NCBI GenBank assembly: GCA_050230475.1
Contig: JBFLGF010000015.1
Span: forward strand, 62,001-126,000
Length of the DNA: 64,000 nt
Source of the DNA: Ancylonema sp.
Taxonomy: Eukaryota
Reading direction: 5' to 3'
Made by a program: the position numbers and the translations under genes. The notes under the pieces are model-generated. The model made no database searches. It was given only the letters and a program-made list of their open reading frames with translations, and was not told the origin of the DNA. The first letter of the stretch is position 1, and the number at the start of each line of letters is the position of its first letter. Shown piece by piece: positions 38,620-53,300 of the stretch.

Positions 38620-41119
38620 TCCGCTTGCATATTTGAGAGGTCCACGTCGTTTCGGATTGAACAAATTCATCGAAACTTCATTTGATCGTCATCTCGCCGT
38701 CCAGATTTTGGTAAGAATTTGAGTCTTACATTTAATGTTTGATTATTGCGTGTCATAACTTACGACAAGCTAGCGTCCCTAGTGTTCCTCTAGCGCGTCT
38801 CCACAATCTATAGGCTCTATTGTCCCTCCGGTGTGTTATTCTCATAGCCCCTCTATCTCTGTTGTAGTAGCCATTCGGCGCTAGTTTATATTATAATTCC
38901 AAATGCGTCTCGTTTGCGTATCGGCACACACCAATTTTCATTATCGTGCCAGTGGCCATTGCGTCCGTAGTTGGGCGCCCGTCTCCGTTCCCCGTTTCCT
39001 CACGAGGAACGGCTGCCAAGCCATTCGTAGCAGTTCATGTTCCATCCCCCTCAAAATACCTTGCACTTTCGTATGCAATAAATCCACATTCCGTCCCAGC
39101 CCCGTATTCCAGCCGCCGCCGCCCCCATAACAAAACATTATTCTTTCCGTTCTTTTGATTTTTTAATTAAGTCGAAAATACGAATAATTGTGCAAGATAA
39201 TTGTGCGATTTTACGCTTTCGAATCGAGATAGAATGGATGGAGAGCGATAAATTGTAGGGTGGTGGCCCGCGGTTTAAGGAACACAAGGATGGGGAGGGA
39301 GCAAGAGAGGCCGATGAGAGTGGAAGAGGAGGCTACCAAACGGCGTACCATATTTTGCTGATATGGTAGACGCACGTGCCTCCACACGCATGGAGATGTA
39401 TTTCTTCGGCGATATAATCAACGGAGATAGTAAGGGTTGCCTCGTGGTGAATTGAACATCCCACAACACCGCGGATACCAGCGAAAATGTGTATATTTGG
39501 GCGTCGTTTGGATTGAATACGGAGTACTTCACTATTCACCTCATTCGAAGTTTATTATAATGCTAACTTGGCTACATAAAGAAATAAAAAAGCTCAACCC
39601 CCTCCCCCCAAAATTAACTAGTTCTTGTAGCTAAGCTTGCGTCCTTTTTTACTTCCTATCAAGCTTGCATATAGGCGACAGAGGAGAATTCTCGTGCGTA
39701 GGAGAGTAGTATAGAGTAGAGTTGAGAAACATGGAGACAATTGCTGTTTTTGTGATGTACTATTCAATTTTTGTTATGCATTATCGACTCCATTTACCCT
39801 ATTTTTAAAACATTCAATACAACTTGCCCAATACCGAATATACACTCACATTACTTAATACGCTTTCAATACGGTGAGGTTACTATACGCCGCATTTAGC
39901 GAAGATTTTTGCGGCTCGGAAATATGTGTGGTTTCAAAATTACCATAAGCACCACCCCCCTACGAAAATATCATGGTAACATTAGGTGGACATCTGAAAT
40001 TATGTCGGCCGTCAATGAGATATATGACACATTCATGGAAGTAAGACAAACTTGCATGCGTCATGCATTTTGATGGTGCAACACACTTCAATTCGCATTT
40101 GGTTTTTTTTTTTTTTTTTTTTTTTCGAAAGAGCGCGAGTTATTGTTCAATGTAAAAATTACAACAATTACTCAATTCTATACAAAAACTTACTCCACCG
40201 AGCCCCGAATCATAATCGTTTCCTAAGAATTCTTACGTCGTTTTGTATCAAATGATATTGTACAATATTATTTATCTTTTCAATGTTTGAAGCTCGAAAA
40301 TGTGTACATGCCCTAATCGATAATGGAGTGCTCATACTAGATTTTGAGAAGATTGATAAGCCACAACCAAAAACAGATGTATAATACCCCAATTTGCCAC
40401 CATTGGCTTGATTACTTGCTTGTGTATCATCCGTGCCACATATAGTGTACTGGCCATACATAATGACCCGCAAATAATTATTGAAAGGGCGGGTCGGGTC
40501 AAATTAAATAATTCGTTTTTTAGGGTTAGGTCACGCCATAAATTCCGAAATCCGGCGTAGCGGGTCGACATTACAAAAATCGATTTTATTCGTTTTTTTG
40601 CTCAAAATATATATGTGGTTGGATCGACCAGGCGACCGGGATCGTCCCGGTCACCCATGATTCAATCGTGGTTCGGTAGCGGCCAAATCAATTGTCACTG
40701 GTTTCCTTTTCCAAATTTAGAGAGGGGGACTGGACATATCGGGGAATAATTAAGGTCTCAAATTTTCTCATATTTTGCACCATGCACAAACCATCATGAT
40801 ATACAACATAAAGTATATAGATTTTTTAAACCACAATACACCTTTGAAATGCCGAAAAGTGTGGAAAATCCGAAAAAAATGAAAGCATGCGGATGTCTTC
40901 AAACACTCACTCACTATTTCCAAAGCATTCGCCTTTATCTCCTCGGGAGCTCTCGTAATATATTTGTATAACGGACCTCTTTTCATGACGACCAACGACA
41001 AAGTCAAACAATACAATTGTGGAATGAGCGCATATGTTCAGTTCTCACAGTTTGTTGCAGCATATAGGGCCGCACTCTAGAGCTGACAACGCACCGCACC
41101 GAGATAAGGCTTTTGAACG

Positions 41120-41438
41120 AAAGTGAACGGATGAACGGTGAATACATTTGGGATAAAGGAAAGTGAACGGAAATTGTAATATAAAGTGAATGGATGAACG
41201 GCGAATAAATTTGAGATAAAGAAAAGCGAACAGAATTTGCAGCGTAAAGTGAACGGATGAACGGCGAATACATTTGAGATGAAAAAATTGAACGGAAAGT
41301 TAATGTAAAGTGGACGGATAAACGGCAAATAAATTGAGATAAAGAAAATTAACCGAAATTTGTAGTGTAAAGTGAACGGATGAACGACGAATACATTTGA
41401 GGTGAAGGAAAGTGAACGGATTTTTTGGTGTAAAGTGG
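41120..41438. repeat. Minisatellite, five ~62-bp units
   Basis: Units start at ~41120, 41183, 41246, 41307 and 41369 with AAAGTGAACGGATGAACGGCGAATACATTTGAGAT... Confidence 0.9.
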
Positions 41439-41815
41439 CAGGCTAGTCAAAATAAAAACTAGAAAAACAACAAAATGGTGGTCGAAAGTTACACCCCCAA
41501 GATGTTTAGTGCCATAATTAACATGGTACTGGTGCCGAAAGTTTACGCGCTCTTTTGGGCTGCGTCATTTACTTGCCGGGTCACGGTATACTAAATATTA
41601 TTTAATTAAGTCATAATTTTGGGTAACGGGAAAATAAATATAATTTGTCCGAGACAAGTTAGTGGGTCATAACAAAACAAAAAAAAAAATCAACCTGGGT
41701 CATTGTGTATGGCTAGTATGTAGACAAAAACAGCAAAAACAACCAAAGTTGGTGAGTGCAATTGTATATCATGTTCATTTACCATTACATTTCGGACACA
41801 TATGCCGGTACTTTT

Positions 41816-44800
41816 AGTGAGTGCTTTCTTCTGCCATCGATGCAAGAATAAAGCACAATTCTCTCAGACAACTCTTGAATCGACAGATCACGTCATTACA
41901 AACGTTGACACAACACAAGAGCAAGTTTGAAGTAGAAAAGTCTGATTACAGAATTCAGCATACAAGCTCAGACCTAGTACAGTCAATTGTTGCCTGGGCA
42001 AAGTATCTACTGGTATCGAAACTACTTCGTCAACTGCCAATCATATCCAAGCATTCTGCCACATCAACTAGTTCTTATCGACACTTGTGCCAGATGGCCA
42101 AGCAATCATTGAAACAAGGACATGGCCTGCAGCCGGCCTGCAGCCTGCCTGCAGCCTGCCTGCAGCCTGCCTGCAGCCTGCATTTGCTGAATAACGACAA
42201 AACTAAAGCTAAATTCCCTGTATTTCTAAAATCGATATAACGACAAAAGTTCACAGCCCCTAAAAACTAACACCCCTCCATGGGTACTTTTGTATTCCCC
42301 CTCCACAAACGATAACCAAAACGATATCGGTTTTACAAACACAAGTCGACAAAAACTCACTAAAATAAACTAATCAATGAACCATCTACAATTATTTTGC
42401 ATACACAACCCCCCAGATCACAATTCTTCTTCAACGCCTTGAGAGACAGTGGTTTTGTCAACATATCAGCACCTGGTCTTCATTCTTGACAAACTAGACT
42501 GATCTTTTTCTTGGACACCCTCTCTCGAATGGAATGATACTTGATCTCGATGTGTTTGGAGCGCTTGTGAAAAACAGGATTCTCAGCAAGTTTCTAAGAA
42601 CTCTCATTGTCTCCCAGCAATAGCACACTCCCCCCACCAATACCCAACTCCTTTTGCATCTGGCTCAAATAAATGGCCTCATTTCCCAGTAGCACTCAAT
42701 GCCAAAACTCACTTCACAGCTTGAGTGTGTGACTGTTTCCAAGAGACCACTTTTCCAGCTCACAGCAGCTCCTCCAGTAAGAAAGACGTAGCGAGTTCTC
42801 CCCTTCCTAGTGTCGACGTCGTCACCATGACTAGCATCTGAGTAACCGATGACTGGCAAATCACCTTTTTTCTTATACATCAGCCCCAAATTGACAGTTT
42901 CCTTGAGATATCGCAAAACTCTCTTTACCCCCTCCCAATGCTTGTCCCCTGGCTGCTGACTGTATCGACACAAGGAGTTAACAGCAGCTGCCAGATCAGG
43001 TCTTGTTCCAGAAGTGAGATACATCAAATTGCCCATTGCAGACTTGTAGCCCACACCCTCTATTCCAGCAGATTCAGAAGCAGATTCACAGTTTGCAGAG
43101 AATTTTACACCCAGCTCAAGAGGAGTAGCATCATCAGGATACCATTCTAGACCAGCTTCCAGATGATCTTCGTCTTCATCGCCTCCACTAGAATTGCTGA
43201 CAAGTTCTGGAAGATCTGCACTCTGAGGAAGAGGGGATCTCGGAAGCTGTGGCAATGGATCTCCCACAGCATCAGGGATCTCTTCATCGACAGAATTTGG
43301 ATCGCCATAGGCAGGTTGCCCACCTGCAGAAACCACTTCCAGAAATGCCCCCTCCGAGGCCAACACTACCCCCTCCTGCTCCTTGATCAGCTGCATCCAG
43401 ATTTTTTTTTCTGCAACTGGCTCATGCACTCTTGCCTTCTTGCCAATTTTCTGACCCCTCCACCAGCTTTGCTTGACAGATTCATCGAAGTCTGCATGAC
43501 CAGTGCCAACGTTGTGTATTTTGTTCGTTGCAGGATCCCAGACTCGGTAGCAAGGACTGTCGGGATTCCATCCAACTAACACACCAAGCCAAGCCAGCGC
43601 ACTCATTTTCCCAGCCCGACTTGTTTCAGACAAGGAGGCTGCATCATCTTTGCTGCGAAGTATTTCCACCCAGGATTTTCGGCTGTATTCATCGGACGAG
43701 CACCATGTTGTACACTCCTTCCCCTCTTGATGCTGGATTGAACGGCCCCTTCCAAGTCTACCGACACTCTTCCTAGGCAGACTTGTTCTCCTTCACCAAC
43801 TTCTCGTCGAGGATGAGGTTTGTCGTGTGCCTTCCCCAGCTTGCACCCTTCACAGTTTTTGCAGAACTCCTGAGATGCCCCTTCCTGTCCTCGTACAAGA
43901 TGTTGTCGTGCCACATTTTTGAGCACTCTCTCATTTGCATGCCCAAGTCTTGTGTGGAGGAGGTTGATTTCGACAGCAGCTACAACAGCAGCTTCCCCTT
44001 CAGTAAGTTGCTGATGTCGAGGTGTGCAGATTAGAGTTTTTCGACCTGTCGATGTTTCTTGCAGAGTGCAGACTTGTTGTCCAGATTTGTTGTAAACTGG
44101 AATGATGCCACCAGCTTTTCCACTGCAAGTGTAAGACCACCCTGTTTCTCTGGCTTTCTGACCGCTGAACAAATTAATGCGCATCCCAGGAATGTACAAG
44201 CATTTCTTGAGTGTTACTCCTCCACACTCTCCCTCGGTATTCAGCTCAATTGTTCCCCACTGCTTCACTCGCACACTTCCGACCAGATGATGCATGATGG
44301 ATGACCTCGTGTGGAATGTCTTCGATGATTTTGAAAAGATTTTTTATGCCCACAAGAATGGTGACTGGAACCATCGTCGAAAAGGAAATCTTTCTCTGCA
44401 TCATCATCATCTGCAACATTTCCTTCACAAATTTTGGGCGATGATAGCTTCTGCATGACCACAGCTCTTCCCTTGATCGATTTCGCCAACGAAAGCTCTT
44501 TTTCTCCCAGTGCGTACCCTCTTTCTCTGCATTCGTGGAGCTTCGTTTTTCTTGTCGAAACATGTTAATTCCACATGACCAATGGCTCCACAATATTTGC
44601 ATTCTTCGTTTTTCTTGGGTCAGTCTCTGCTGTAGTGACCTGTCTCTCCACAAGTATAGCAGGAATGTCCTCCACTTGATCCACTGCCTCCACCTGTGCC
44701 TCCACGACCACCTCTGATCCACGATTATCTGCCGAATACCCCCTGAATGTACCCCTGCCTCCACGATTGTCGATACCACCACTCTGCCTTGGCTTGATTT

Positions 44801-45933
44801 TTTTTGTTGCGTTGACCACTTAACATAGTTTGCCTCTACAACTAGTGCCTTAGCATCTTTGACATCTTTTTCTTTCTTGTCGTCCAGCTCATCCATTCCC
44901 ATCTGCCCCCAGATCCAGCTGATCTCAGGTGCCTCTTTCTGTCCATAGTAAAGCTTCTTCAACATGCCGTATTTTGTTCTTGACATGCCAGCAAACAATG
45001 CCATCACCTGATCTTCTGCGCTGACTAGAAATTTTTGATGTACACACTCTCTGATGAGCGACAGAAAAGCATTCTTGATTTCTCTGACTCGCATCTTTTC
45101 ATCGATCTTGAAAGAGTTCAGCTTTTCTTTTGCAATCTGTCGTAGTTCTAGAGACACCTTGTCATACTCCTCTGTCAGATAGTCCCACATCGCCTTTGGA
45201 TCTCGTTCAAATTGTTCAAGTGATGTAGCGATGTCGTCACTGACAAATTGCATGAGTAGCATGACTGCCTTCTTTGATCTTTTGCGGAAGCTTATGACAT
45301 CAAGTGTATACTGCTCCATTTTTGCTTCATTTGTTGGCCAGTGTTCATCATGATATCTGGTTGTAACCTCAGTTGGAATAGTCTCTGTTCCTTTGCAGAT
45401 CTCAAGGCACTCAGCATCATCAAGAGAAGCTGCGGCCTTAGATCTCCATGCTTGAAAGGTTACTTTATCTTCATCTAGAATTCAGAACCGTGCTCTAATA
45501 CCACTGTGAGTACTTTCTTCTGCCATCGATGCAAGAATAAAGCACATTTCTCAGACAACTCTTGAATCGACAGATCACGTCATTACAAAAACGTTCACAC
45601 AACAAAAGTGCAACTTTGAAGTAGAAAAGTCTGATTACAGAATTCAGCATACAAGCTCAGACCTAGTACAGTCGATTGTTACCTGGTCAAAGAATCTACT
45701 GGTATTGAAACTATACTTCGTCAACTGCCAATCATATCTAAGCATTCTGCCACACATCAACTAGTTCTTATCGCTTTTTCTGCCAGATGCCCAAGTAATC
45801 ATTGAAACAAGGACATCGCCCTGCAGCCGGCTTGCAGCCTGCATTTGCTGAATAATGACAAAACTAAAGCTAAATTCCCGGTATTGCTAAAATCGATATA
45901 ACGACAAAAGTTCACAACCCTTAAAAACTAACA
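41816..45933 (-). mobile_element. Internally deleted Ty1/copia element E (4.1 kb)
   Basis: LTRs 41816-42272 and 45505-45933; PBS TGGTATTAGAGC (45503-45492); PPT at 42273; TSD CTTTT/CTTTC. Gag, PR (FLFDDGSSHH), pre-IN and RNase H (GYSDASHG, KHIEIKYH) are present, but the IN core and most of RT are missing. Confidence 0.92.
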
Positions 45934-46487
45934 CTTTCTCCTTTTCGTGAGGCTTACAAAACTACAGTATGACTTTCTACATCACTTTTTCCCACTTTTC
46001 TTGTGGAGGGCATTAGTCTTCTATTCGTGATGCAGCATCCAGCTTTATTATCTTTTACTTCACAAAAAAGGTTTAGGGAATATGGGTAAGATACAAGAAT
46101 TCACCGTGGTTAATTTCCAATTTAGCAAATACAAACCAAATTCTAAATTCAGAAAATAAGGTGTAACCAAAATTCAATCATTTAGTAATGGGAAAAAACA
46201 AAATACAATGTAAAAATACCCTCCTGAGGTGAGGCAAATTTGACATAATCCTACCATACATGATACCATTTTCTACAAACTAGTGTTTTGTGAAACATGT
46301 CTGTACAACCGATGAGCCCTATTCACCAGCCTGGCTTTGAGAAAGCATGCCTACTTCTTGTTGTAGGGCCTCTACTTCATAATATACGGCCGGCGAATAC
46401 AATCGCTACACAACAACCTATATTAGCGGAAATGAAATCCTCTCCCACCAGGAATACTCGGCTTGAAACTCCTCATCCGTGAGCTGA

Positions 46488-48164
46488 TTAATCTGATTTC
46501 TTGGCCACGACTTGACCTGCGGATACAGACCGGATATAGATATAAATCACCACAATGCTTTGCAAATGTTCAGAGAGATGCAGATACAGATCATGACATT
46601 CAATTTGGTCAGGTGCATGTTACTATTTTGGTTTTGCATAAATACAGATCATAACATTCAATTTCTACAGGTGCGTGTGCACATTTAAAAACATCATCAA
46701 CCTGCAGATTTGTCACCCACTCGTGGAAATGCTATTTTGATGCTGCTCTGTAGCATAGAGCTTGCCTTACCCTTGAAGAAGTGAGATTGGTCGCCATACT
46801 TATTGTACAACGTTTGGCGCAGCTGCTGTCCCTGAGGCTGGATAACCTTGGCAAAGAGGTAGTGGGCACCACGGAACTGAGGTAACACCATCCACAAAGT
46901 AAAAACGATTTTCACCGTGTAGTAGAAAGGGATCCTACACGCGAAAACAAACAGAACGCTCACGATCAGCAGTGCCAAACCCATCAACAAATTCCTACCA
47001 TTCACACAAATACTACACTAGCAACATATCAACCACGCCAGCATGTAGCACATAGCGTGACTGGCATTGCTATTTACAAACACCCCCATTACAGACAACC
47101 CCGGGTGACAACGGTAGTCGTCAAAGGCCTCGCGAAAGAGACACTATGATCGCACCATGCGATGACAGGGGCAGCGAGTGCCTCGAGGGCCGTGAGAGAC
47201 GAGTAGATGGTCCAATAAGTCAACCATTGCTGGTCGTCAACAGGATCAGGAGACTGCAGAGCCTCGAAGGAAGCAGCTCTGTTGCATCCAGAAACGCGAA
47301 TGGTCAGGACATGACTGCTACGCGAATGCTAATAATCAGAAGGGGAAAATCAGGTGGAACAACCGAGCAGCCATAGCTGTATAATAAATTTCGCGACCTG
47401 AGTTGAACGTACATGTTCTGAAACTACTTTGTCCAGCGTGCTCTCGCTATCGATGTCTAGCCTAACACGAAGCGATCAGCATTAGCACCTAGTTTCGACA
47501 TAAACACAACATAGCAAGATGTACTGGAGGTTTCCGTGGCAAAGAGTTTTGTTCACTTACGCCGGGTACACGAGAGTCACTATCGGCCTGCAATCACACA
47601 ACCCATCCAGGACAGCCAAATCAGCAGAAATAACATCTACTCAGACAGACCGGCAGGCTATTGGCGTACTAGTTGTAGCATTTGAATGGCAGTCTCAATT
47701 CTTCAGCAAACTACACACAGTTTTCAACAGCTTCACTACCTCGCCATTCACTAAAAATGAAGCTACAGGAAAAAAATAAAAATGGTGAAGAACTCGTGAC
47801 GTCACAGGATCAGACTACAACGCAGGACGCTTCCGCTTCAGCATTCCATTCCTATTTTGCTACGATGCCAACTACTCAATTCTATTTAAATCTCACATAC
47901 GCCAAACTGGTTCAAAATGAGCAGATACTGTTTCACTATTTTCGAAAGTGAATCCACAACGCTTCCTTCAGCGGACAGTAGTGCATCTAACTAAACCGTG
48001 AACACCCACGAGTGAGAATCACGCATATCTTGACTGGTTAGTGAGAATGGCGCAAGCCGCTATAAGTACAGAATTGTATATACTGCATCACGTGTGGCAG
48101 CCTGCTCCTTGTATGCGCGAACTCACCCAAGAAGGTTGAAAAGCACGCCAATGAAGGACGCCAT
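46488..48164 (-). CDS. HVA22: HVA22/TB2-DP1 (REEP/Yop1) family protein, 5 exons, ~126 aa
   Basis: Exons 48164-48127, 47587-47561 (27-nt exon, [10 protein letters not shown]), 47278-47156 (DDQQWLTYW), 46934-46771 ([15 protein letters not shown]) and 46516-46488. The last exon is less certain. Confidence 0.88.
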
Positions 48165-50855
48165 ATCTGTTTGTTGCGAGACTGTCGTCGGGGCTGATGA
48201 CGGAGTCAAACGTGTAGAAAAGTGATATACGGTATGGAACGACTGCTCAAATAGCGACATCAGGATAATATTCGCTTCCTTCCTCCTCTCCTTCTAGGCT
48301 CGTTTTCAGACCACACGTGCGACGTTCAATTTGTGCGTCAGCTGTTGCAAGCCAAGATACAGACGCCACGTTGACGGAGTAGATATCATGCACTCAGCCG
48401 CCGGCACTTGGCAAGTATCCACCTTCCGTGGAGCATACTATCCCTTCTACGTGGCGTACCGTGGTGGGAGGCGCGTGCATTCCACGTATGGGTAGTCCTT
48501 CCAGGGGTCGGCCTGAGTTCTCGCAGCCGCAACCAGTTGGGGGCTGGCTGCTGTGTATGGTAGTGCGATCCCTCGCAACCTCTGACCGACCATGTACATC
48601 CAAACCTCGATATTAGAAACTTCGTTGAAGAAAACAAATTGTTTCATTCTTTCTTTTCATGCCCCAAAACTCCTCCGATATGGGCATAAGAAACCACGTG
48701 AATCCCCGCGAGGTTTCTTTTCGTCGGTAAGAGATCATATAATGCTAGGCTTCCATAGGAGCTTCTATAGGGACTTCCATAAGTTGTCATGGTTAGCCGT
48801 GTATTTATTTCCTTCTCATTTCTAGCTCTCCTTGGTTTTAGTATCCATGTTCACCTATGAGGTTCCCGTCGTGTCCTTGAGTTTTCTCCTTAGTACGTTA
48901 TAATTCACAAATGCGTCGGAACTCCACTACCAAATACTAACACCCTACTTGCAAGAGATGATGACTAAATGACTTTGAAAAAGGTGCGTCACGTCATTTT
49001 TAATAATGACATAGGGCAGGGCTTTATTATTTTTTAATGACGGGGTCATTATCAGGAAAACGTTTAGCCTTGGCAATCTTCGAACGCAAAAACGAGGACT
49101 AGATACCGTAGTGGCCAAAGATGATTCATTTAAACGAATCCCGAAAAGGGTGGATTATATTATTTTGATCAAATGGGTTTTGGCCGCGTCGATCGTGACA
49201 AAAAAAAATGACCACGAAAATTTACATCGTCATCCTATAATTGGTTTCTCAGGACTTCCGAAGCCTGAAGTTTAACATTGTTGATGCTCGTTTCGTTGTT
49301 GGTTCGAATTGCATTCCTTGAATATCTATTCCGTTTTTGTTATGTCAACGTCCTATCTCGTCATGTCTACACAGCTGGAAGAATCCACTGTCACTTGTAG
49401 AATGCTAGAATGTTGTGATGATCTTTGTTTGTGATTTGATTCATTATCTTCATTGTTATAATTTTCATAATAATCGTACATAATCTTGATATGATTCTTT
49501 ATTTGTTTATTGTTGGCTATATTTTGTGCGGTATGTATCCCCGGGGCACCCCTTGGGCTATGCGGAGTTTTGGTGTGGGTCAATTTGCGTGGTGCGTCAC
49601 AGTATACTATTTAATGGGTGCCCGATTATTTTTGGTCCGTCACCGTTTTAAAATTTCGAGATTACCCCAATCAATCGGGTGAGTTAGGGTACTATTTTGA
49701 GGATTAAAAGCCACCCCCCCCACCTTAAAACTTCTTAATTCGTGAATTCATTGATCGATCCATTATCAACACAGGTTTTTTCAATGCCAAATTTGTTGTA
49801 TGGAAAAGCGCCGTGTTGTGGTAGCGCGTTTTATGCATTAGAGGTGCTTGTATTCGTTTTACCGCAGTTTGAGGGCCAGGATTTTTGAGTCTCGTCAACG
49901 TTGAATTCAGGAGACCGCGAAATAACCGCGGAAGGTTCGCGGTTGGCGACTATTGGCCCTCTATAATTTCTTGCATTCCATAAGTTTGAAGTCAATATTT
50001 CCTTAACTACCGAACGGGGTGCCGTTGTCGTGCATGCGATCGCCACGCTCTGCATTTGGGTTAACTGTGTCTCTTCGAACTCGTTGTTGCCCTCCATTGA
50101 ATCGTCTTGGAGTGGACTCCTAGTACACTTTTCCGACACATTTCCCAGGCACACAACCTTCGTGTATTAGTTTTCTTCTGTTACTTTGCGCAATTTAATT
50201 AGTATTGCCATAGGTGGAACACTTTTTAGCCTCAAAATTGCGTTGGGTACGTTTCGCATAATGGCAACCGAAGATTTCATCGCTTTGGATAGTCATGCCG
50301 GGAAGGTTAGCCTACGAGATTTAAAACGTTGCAACGGCCCAGCTAGCCATGAATGACCTAGTCTCGTCAATCGACCGCAAGGTTAGCGTGGGATTCTCCG
50401 GCTAGCGAAAGTGGTTCCATCAGTGAGCTCTAAGATATATAATTTATATTATCAACTTGGTTTCTAGAATTCGTGCCATGCAGCGTGACCCTCGGCGGAC
50501 ACACTTGAAAGATTTTCCAAAGCTCTACTCCGTGCTTTTGCAATCGAAAGTGACTATCACAATGTTTTTTCTTACCAAGATAGTTGACAATATATATTTC
50601 GGTCATACGAGTTGTGGAGGAAATCCTGTATACTCATATTTCCCCGCGGACAAATTTTAAGAGATTAGACAAGATATTGATTTTTAAGGTATTATTGACG
50701 GGTTTTAGTGCATACTTTACCTAACAAATTAAATGTTTTGAATGCTTCATGAAATTCCGGTAGTTAATATGCTTAACGTTAGGGTCTTATTTGTGGGGTT
50801 TAAAAATTTGGGTTCTTAAGGTTGCACAACCCTTACGTGGGTCACCCTGTAACTA

Positions 50856-51111
50856 CCGTGCCGGCCATTTTTAATACCCCACCCAATGTTTAATTTAGGG
50901 CTCGGATGGGGTGTCGAAATGAATTCGTATGATGGGATTTTTTAGGTTTTTATAACGATGGGGTAACGATAGTCAATAAAAAATTGGTGGGGGATGGGGG
51001 GGGGCTCGAATACGTAATATTTCCATGAGCAAGGTGGGGTAATATATAGCTGACGAGTACGTGTAATTCACTTCGTTTTTTTATCCGGGTCATATTTTTC
51101 GGCCGGTATGG
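50856..51111. mobile_element. MITE with TA target duplication, same family as 38319-38619
   Basis: TA-ccgtgccggcc...ggccggtatgg-TA. Confidence 0.7.
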
Positions 51112-51638
51112 TATTGCGGGTTTTTTATTGCATTTAAATATGTTTATATTCCATCCTCGGCATATGAAATATAAATAAACCGGAAAATGTTTTGTTCTAG
51201 CATTTATGTATTATGTACATAACATTTTTTTGTGTGAAGACGCAAATGAAGCAAAAAAAAGAGTTAAAATACATTTGTTTAATTATAATAAAGTATTCCA
51301 TTGAGCGTATACAACACAACCATCATTTTCCATATATTTTGCATCGCTTTATACTATATATTATTACATCCTTTAAAAGTTTACCATAACCGCGTGACGA
51401 AATTTTCACGCTTTCAAAGTGAGTACAATTGATACCATTGAAGCTTTTGAAGTGCTCCGATGTGGGGTTTGCACGTTCATTTGTACAACACACGTCACTA
51501 CACCCTACGAGCTTTGACAGCATGGTGACGTGCGGTTTGAAGTCGGCCATTGGTGGTGAACTGCCAGTGGTGGTTTCTTTCTAAAGCCACTTATGAATGT
51601 ATGTTCTCTCGTTGCTTGGAGTTGGTAATATCTCATGA

Positions 51639-53300
51639 TGTCATAGTGTGGTACCGTGCGGCTCTCACTGAAATAGTATTGCAAATTGAGTCTCTGCTGA
51701 GATATCTAATATATCTATCACACGTCTTAGCCGTCTGGTGGAATTCACTACTCAACGCTAAGGGCAAGCTGACAGATGGACTACAATACTAAAGTTTTCT
51801 GAAAACAGTGATGCACCGGGACGGCAAAAATGCCCGCAAACGCCGTATTGCAAACTCGCACGTACGGAATACGTGCGTACGGCGAAAGTCGCAAACGGCG
51901 TTCGCAAAATGTTTGCATTTGCAAACGTTCAAATTTGCAAACGTTTTGCAAACGTCTTCCGCTTATTTCTTCAATTCATCTATAGTACACTACCGATAAC
52001 TAAAGTACGAAAGTTTGTAACACTCGTCATCATTGGTTCATGACGTTCACCATTAAAACGTAAACAATATTTTGTGAAACTTCCTAAAGCCAAAAGAAAA
52101 ACCATACGCAAACGTTTACGATCGCAAACGTTTGCATCCGTTCAATCCGTACACGTTTGCCGCATTTCACGGACGTATTCCGGACGTTTGCGAGCAAACA
52201 CATACGACGTGTGCATTTTCCGGGGACGGCAGATTGGTCTCGGCCGCGTGCGGAAAACGTGCCGTACGGAATACGGGCCCCGTCCCGGTGCATCAGGATC
52301 TGATAATACTGTACTCCGGTGCTGACAGACTATTAAGGTCAATAGCCGTCAGAGTTACAATGAGTGAGAAAGTAAAAGAATGAAATCACGCATCGATGGA
52401 TGGTGCTGGCTCGGTGCGAGCGTCAGCAAGGAGGTGTAAATTCTTATTGCTCGCTCGGTGCGAGCGTTAGCGAACGATACAATTTCACATTTAATTGTTG
52501 GCTCTGTAAGAGCGTTAGCGAATCGACAGATTGCGAACACATGCTGACTCACCGAGAGTGTCAGCAAATTGATGCAATATTTTGCAAGCAACAACACAAT
52601 TGGCTCAATAAGAGCGTCAACAAAAAAACAGATGATATACAAAACAATTCAACAAGTTGCATATTACAATTTGGAAAAAACTTGAAGTCTAGCAGACGGA
52701 TGTCAGGCTGAGATAATCAAAGTACGATGCGAAGTCGCGTAAGCGAAAGGATGCAAGTACAAAATTGATATTACACTCAGAGTACGCATTAATTGTTGAA
52801 GGGATTTCTTAATAGCACAATCTGATAGCGGAAGCTGGCATATTTGAAACTACAAAGTCTTTTATCACAAGTTGTTGCGCGGTGCTAACCAACAAAGTTA
52901 ACTAGAGTAACTAAAGTTATTCAATCGATCACATCGAGAGGCTGGCTTCCATAACATTCAAATACATCTCGACGCTACGATGAAACGCGTGACATATTAT
53001 CCATAAAGTCTACGGCTGGATTAATTGCCGGGAATATCGACATGTCGAAAGTGATGTTGTTGAAAATCACAATACCGACACGTAGCTATTAGTTGAAGTT
53101 GGTGGATTCTAGACTTATGAAAATACGTCATGCATTATTTTCAAGTAGTTTTCAAGTTTTCGTACTTCACACTTTTCTCAAAAAGTAATAATTATAATCA
53201 TCGCCATATCGAATACTCTCGGTATAGAGAGGTATTAAGCTACAGTAGTTTTTTATCAAAACAGACGGGTCTCGCCTAAGCGATCTCTAGCGTCATGACA
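51639..53300 (-). repeat. Probable solo LTR of the F family carrying a nested MITE
   Basis: Termini tgtcat...atgaca; homology to 22729-23307 and 25298-25525. The TSD is only a 3/5 match (catga/aatgt). Confidence 0.65.
51806..52298. mobile_element. hAT-type MITE (493 bp)
   Basis: TIR cagtgatgcaccgggacgg / ccgtcccggtgcatcagga; 8-bp TSD tctgaaaa / tctgataa; many subterminal GCAAACG motifs. Confidence 0.85.

Noticed and set aside
38903..40571. Short ORFs that might be transposase remnants
   Set aside because: No catalytic motifs can be identified by eye.
41120..41438. CRISPR-like repeat-spacer array
   Set aside because: The variable parts are short and mutually similar, the repeats are degenerate, there are no cas genes, and the context is eukaryotic.
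49831..50154. 107-aa minus-strand ORF
   Set aside because: No recognisable motif or supporting gene structure.
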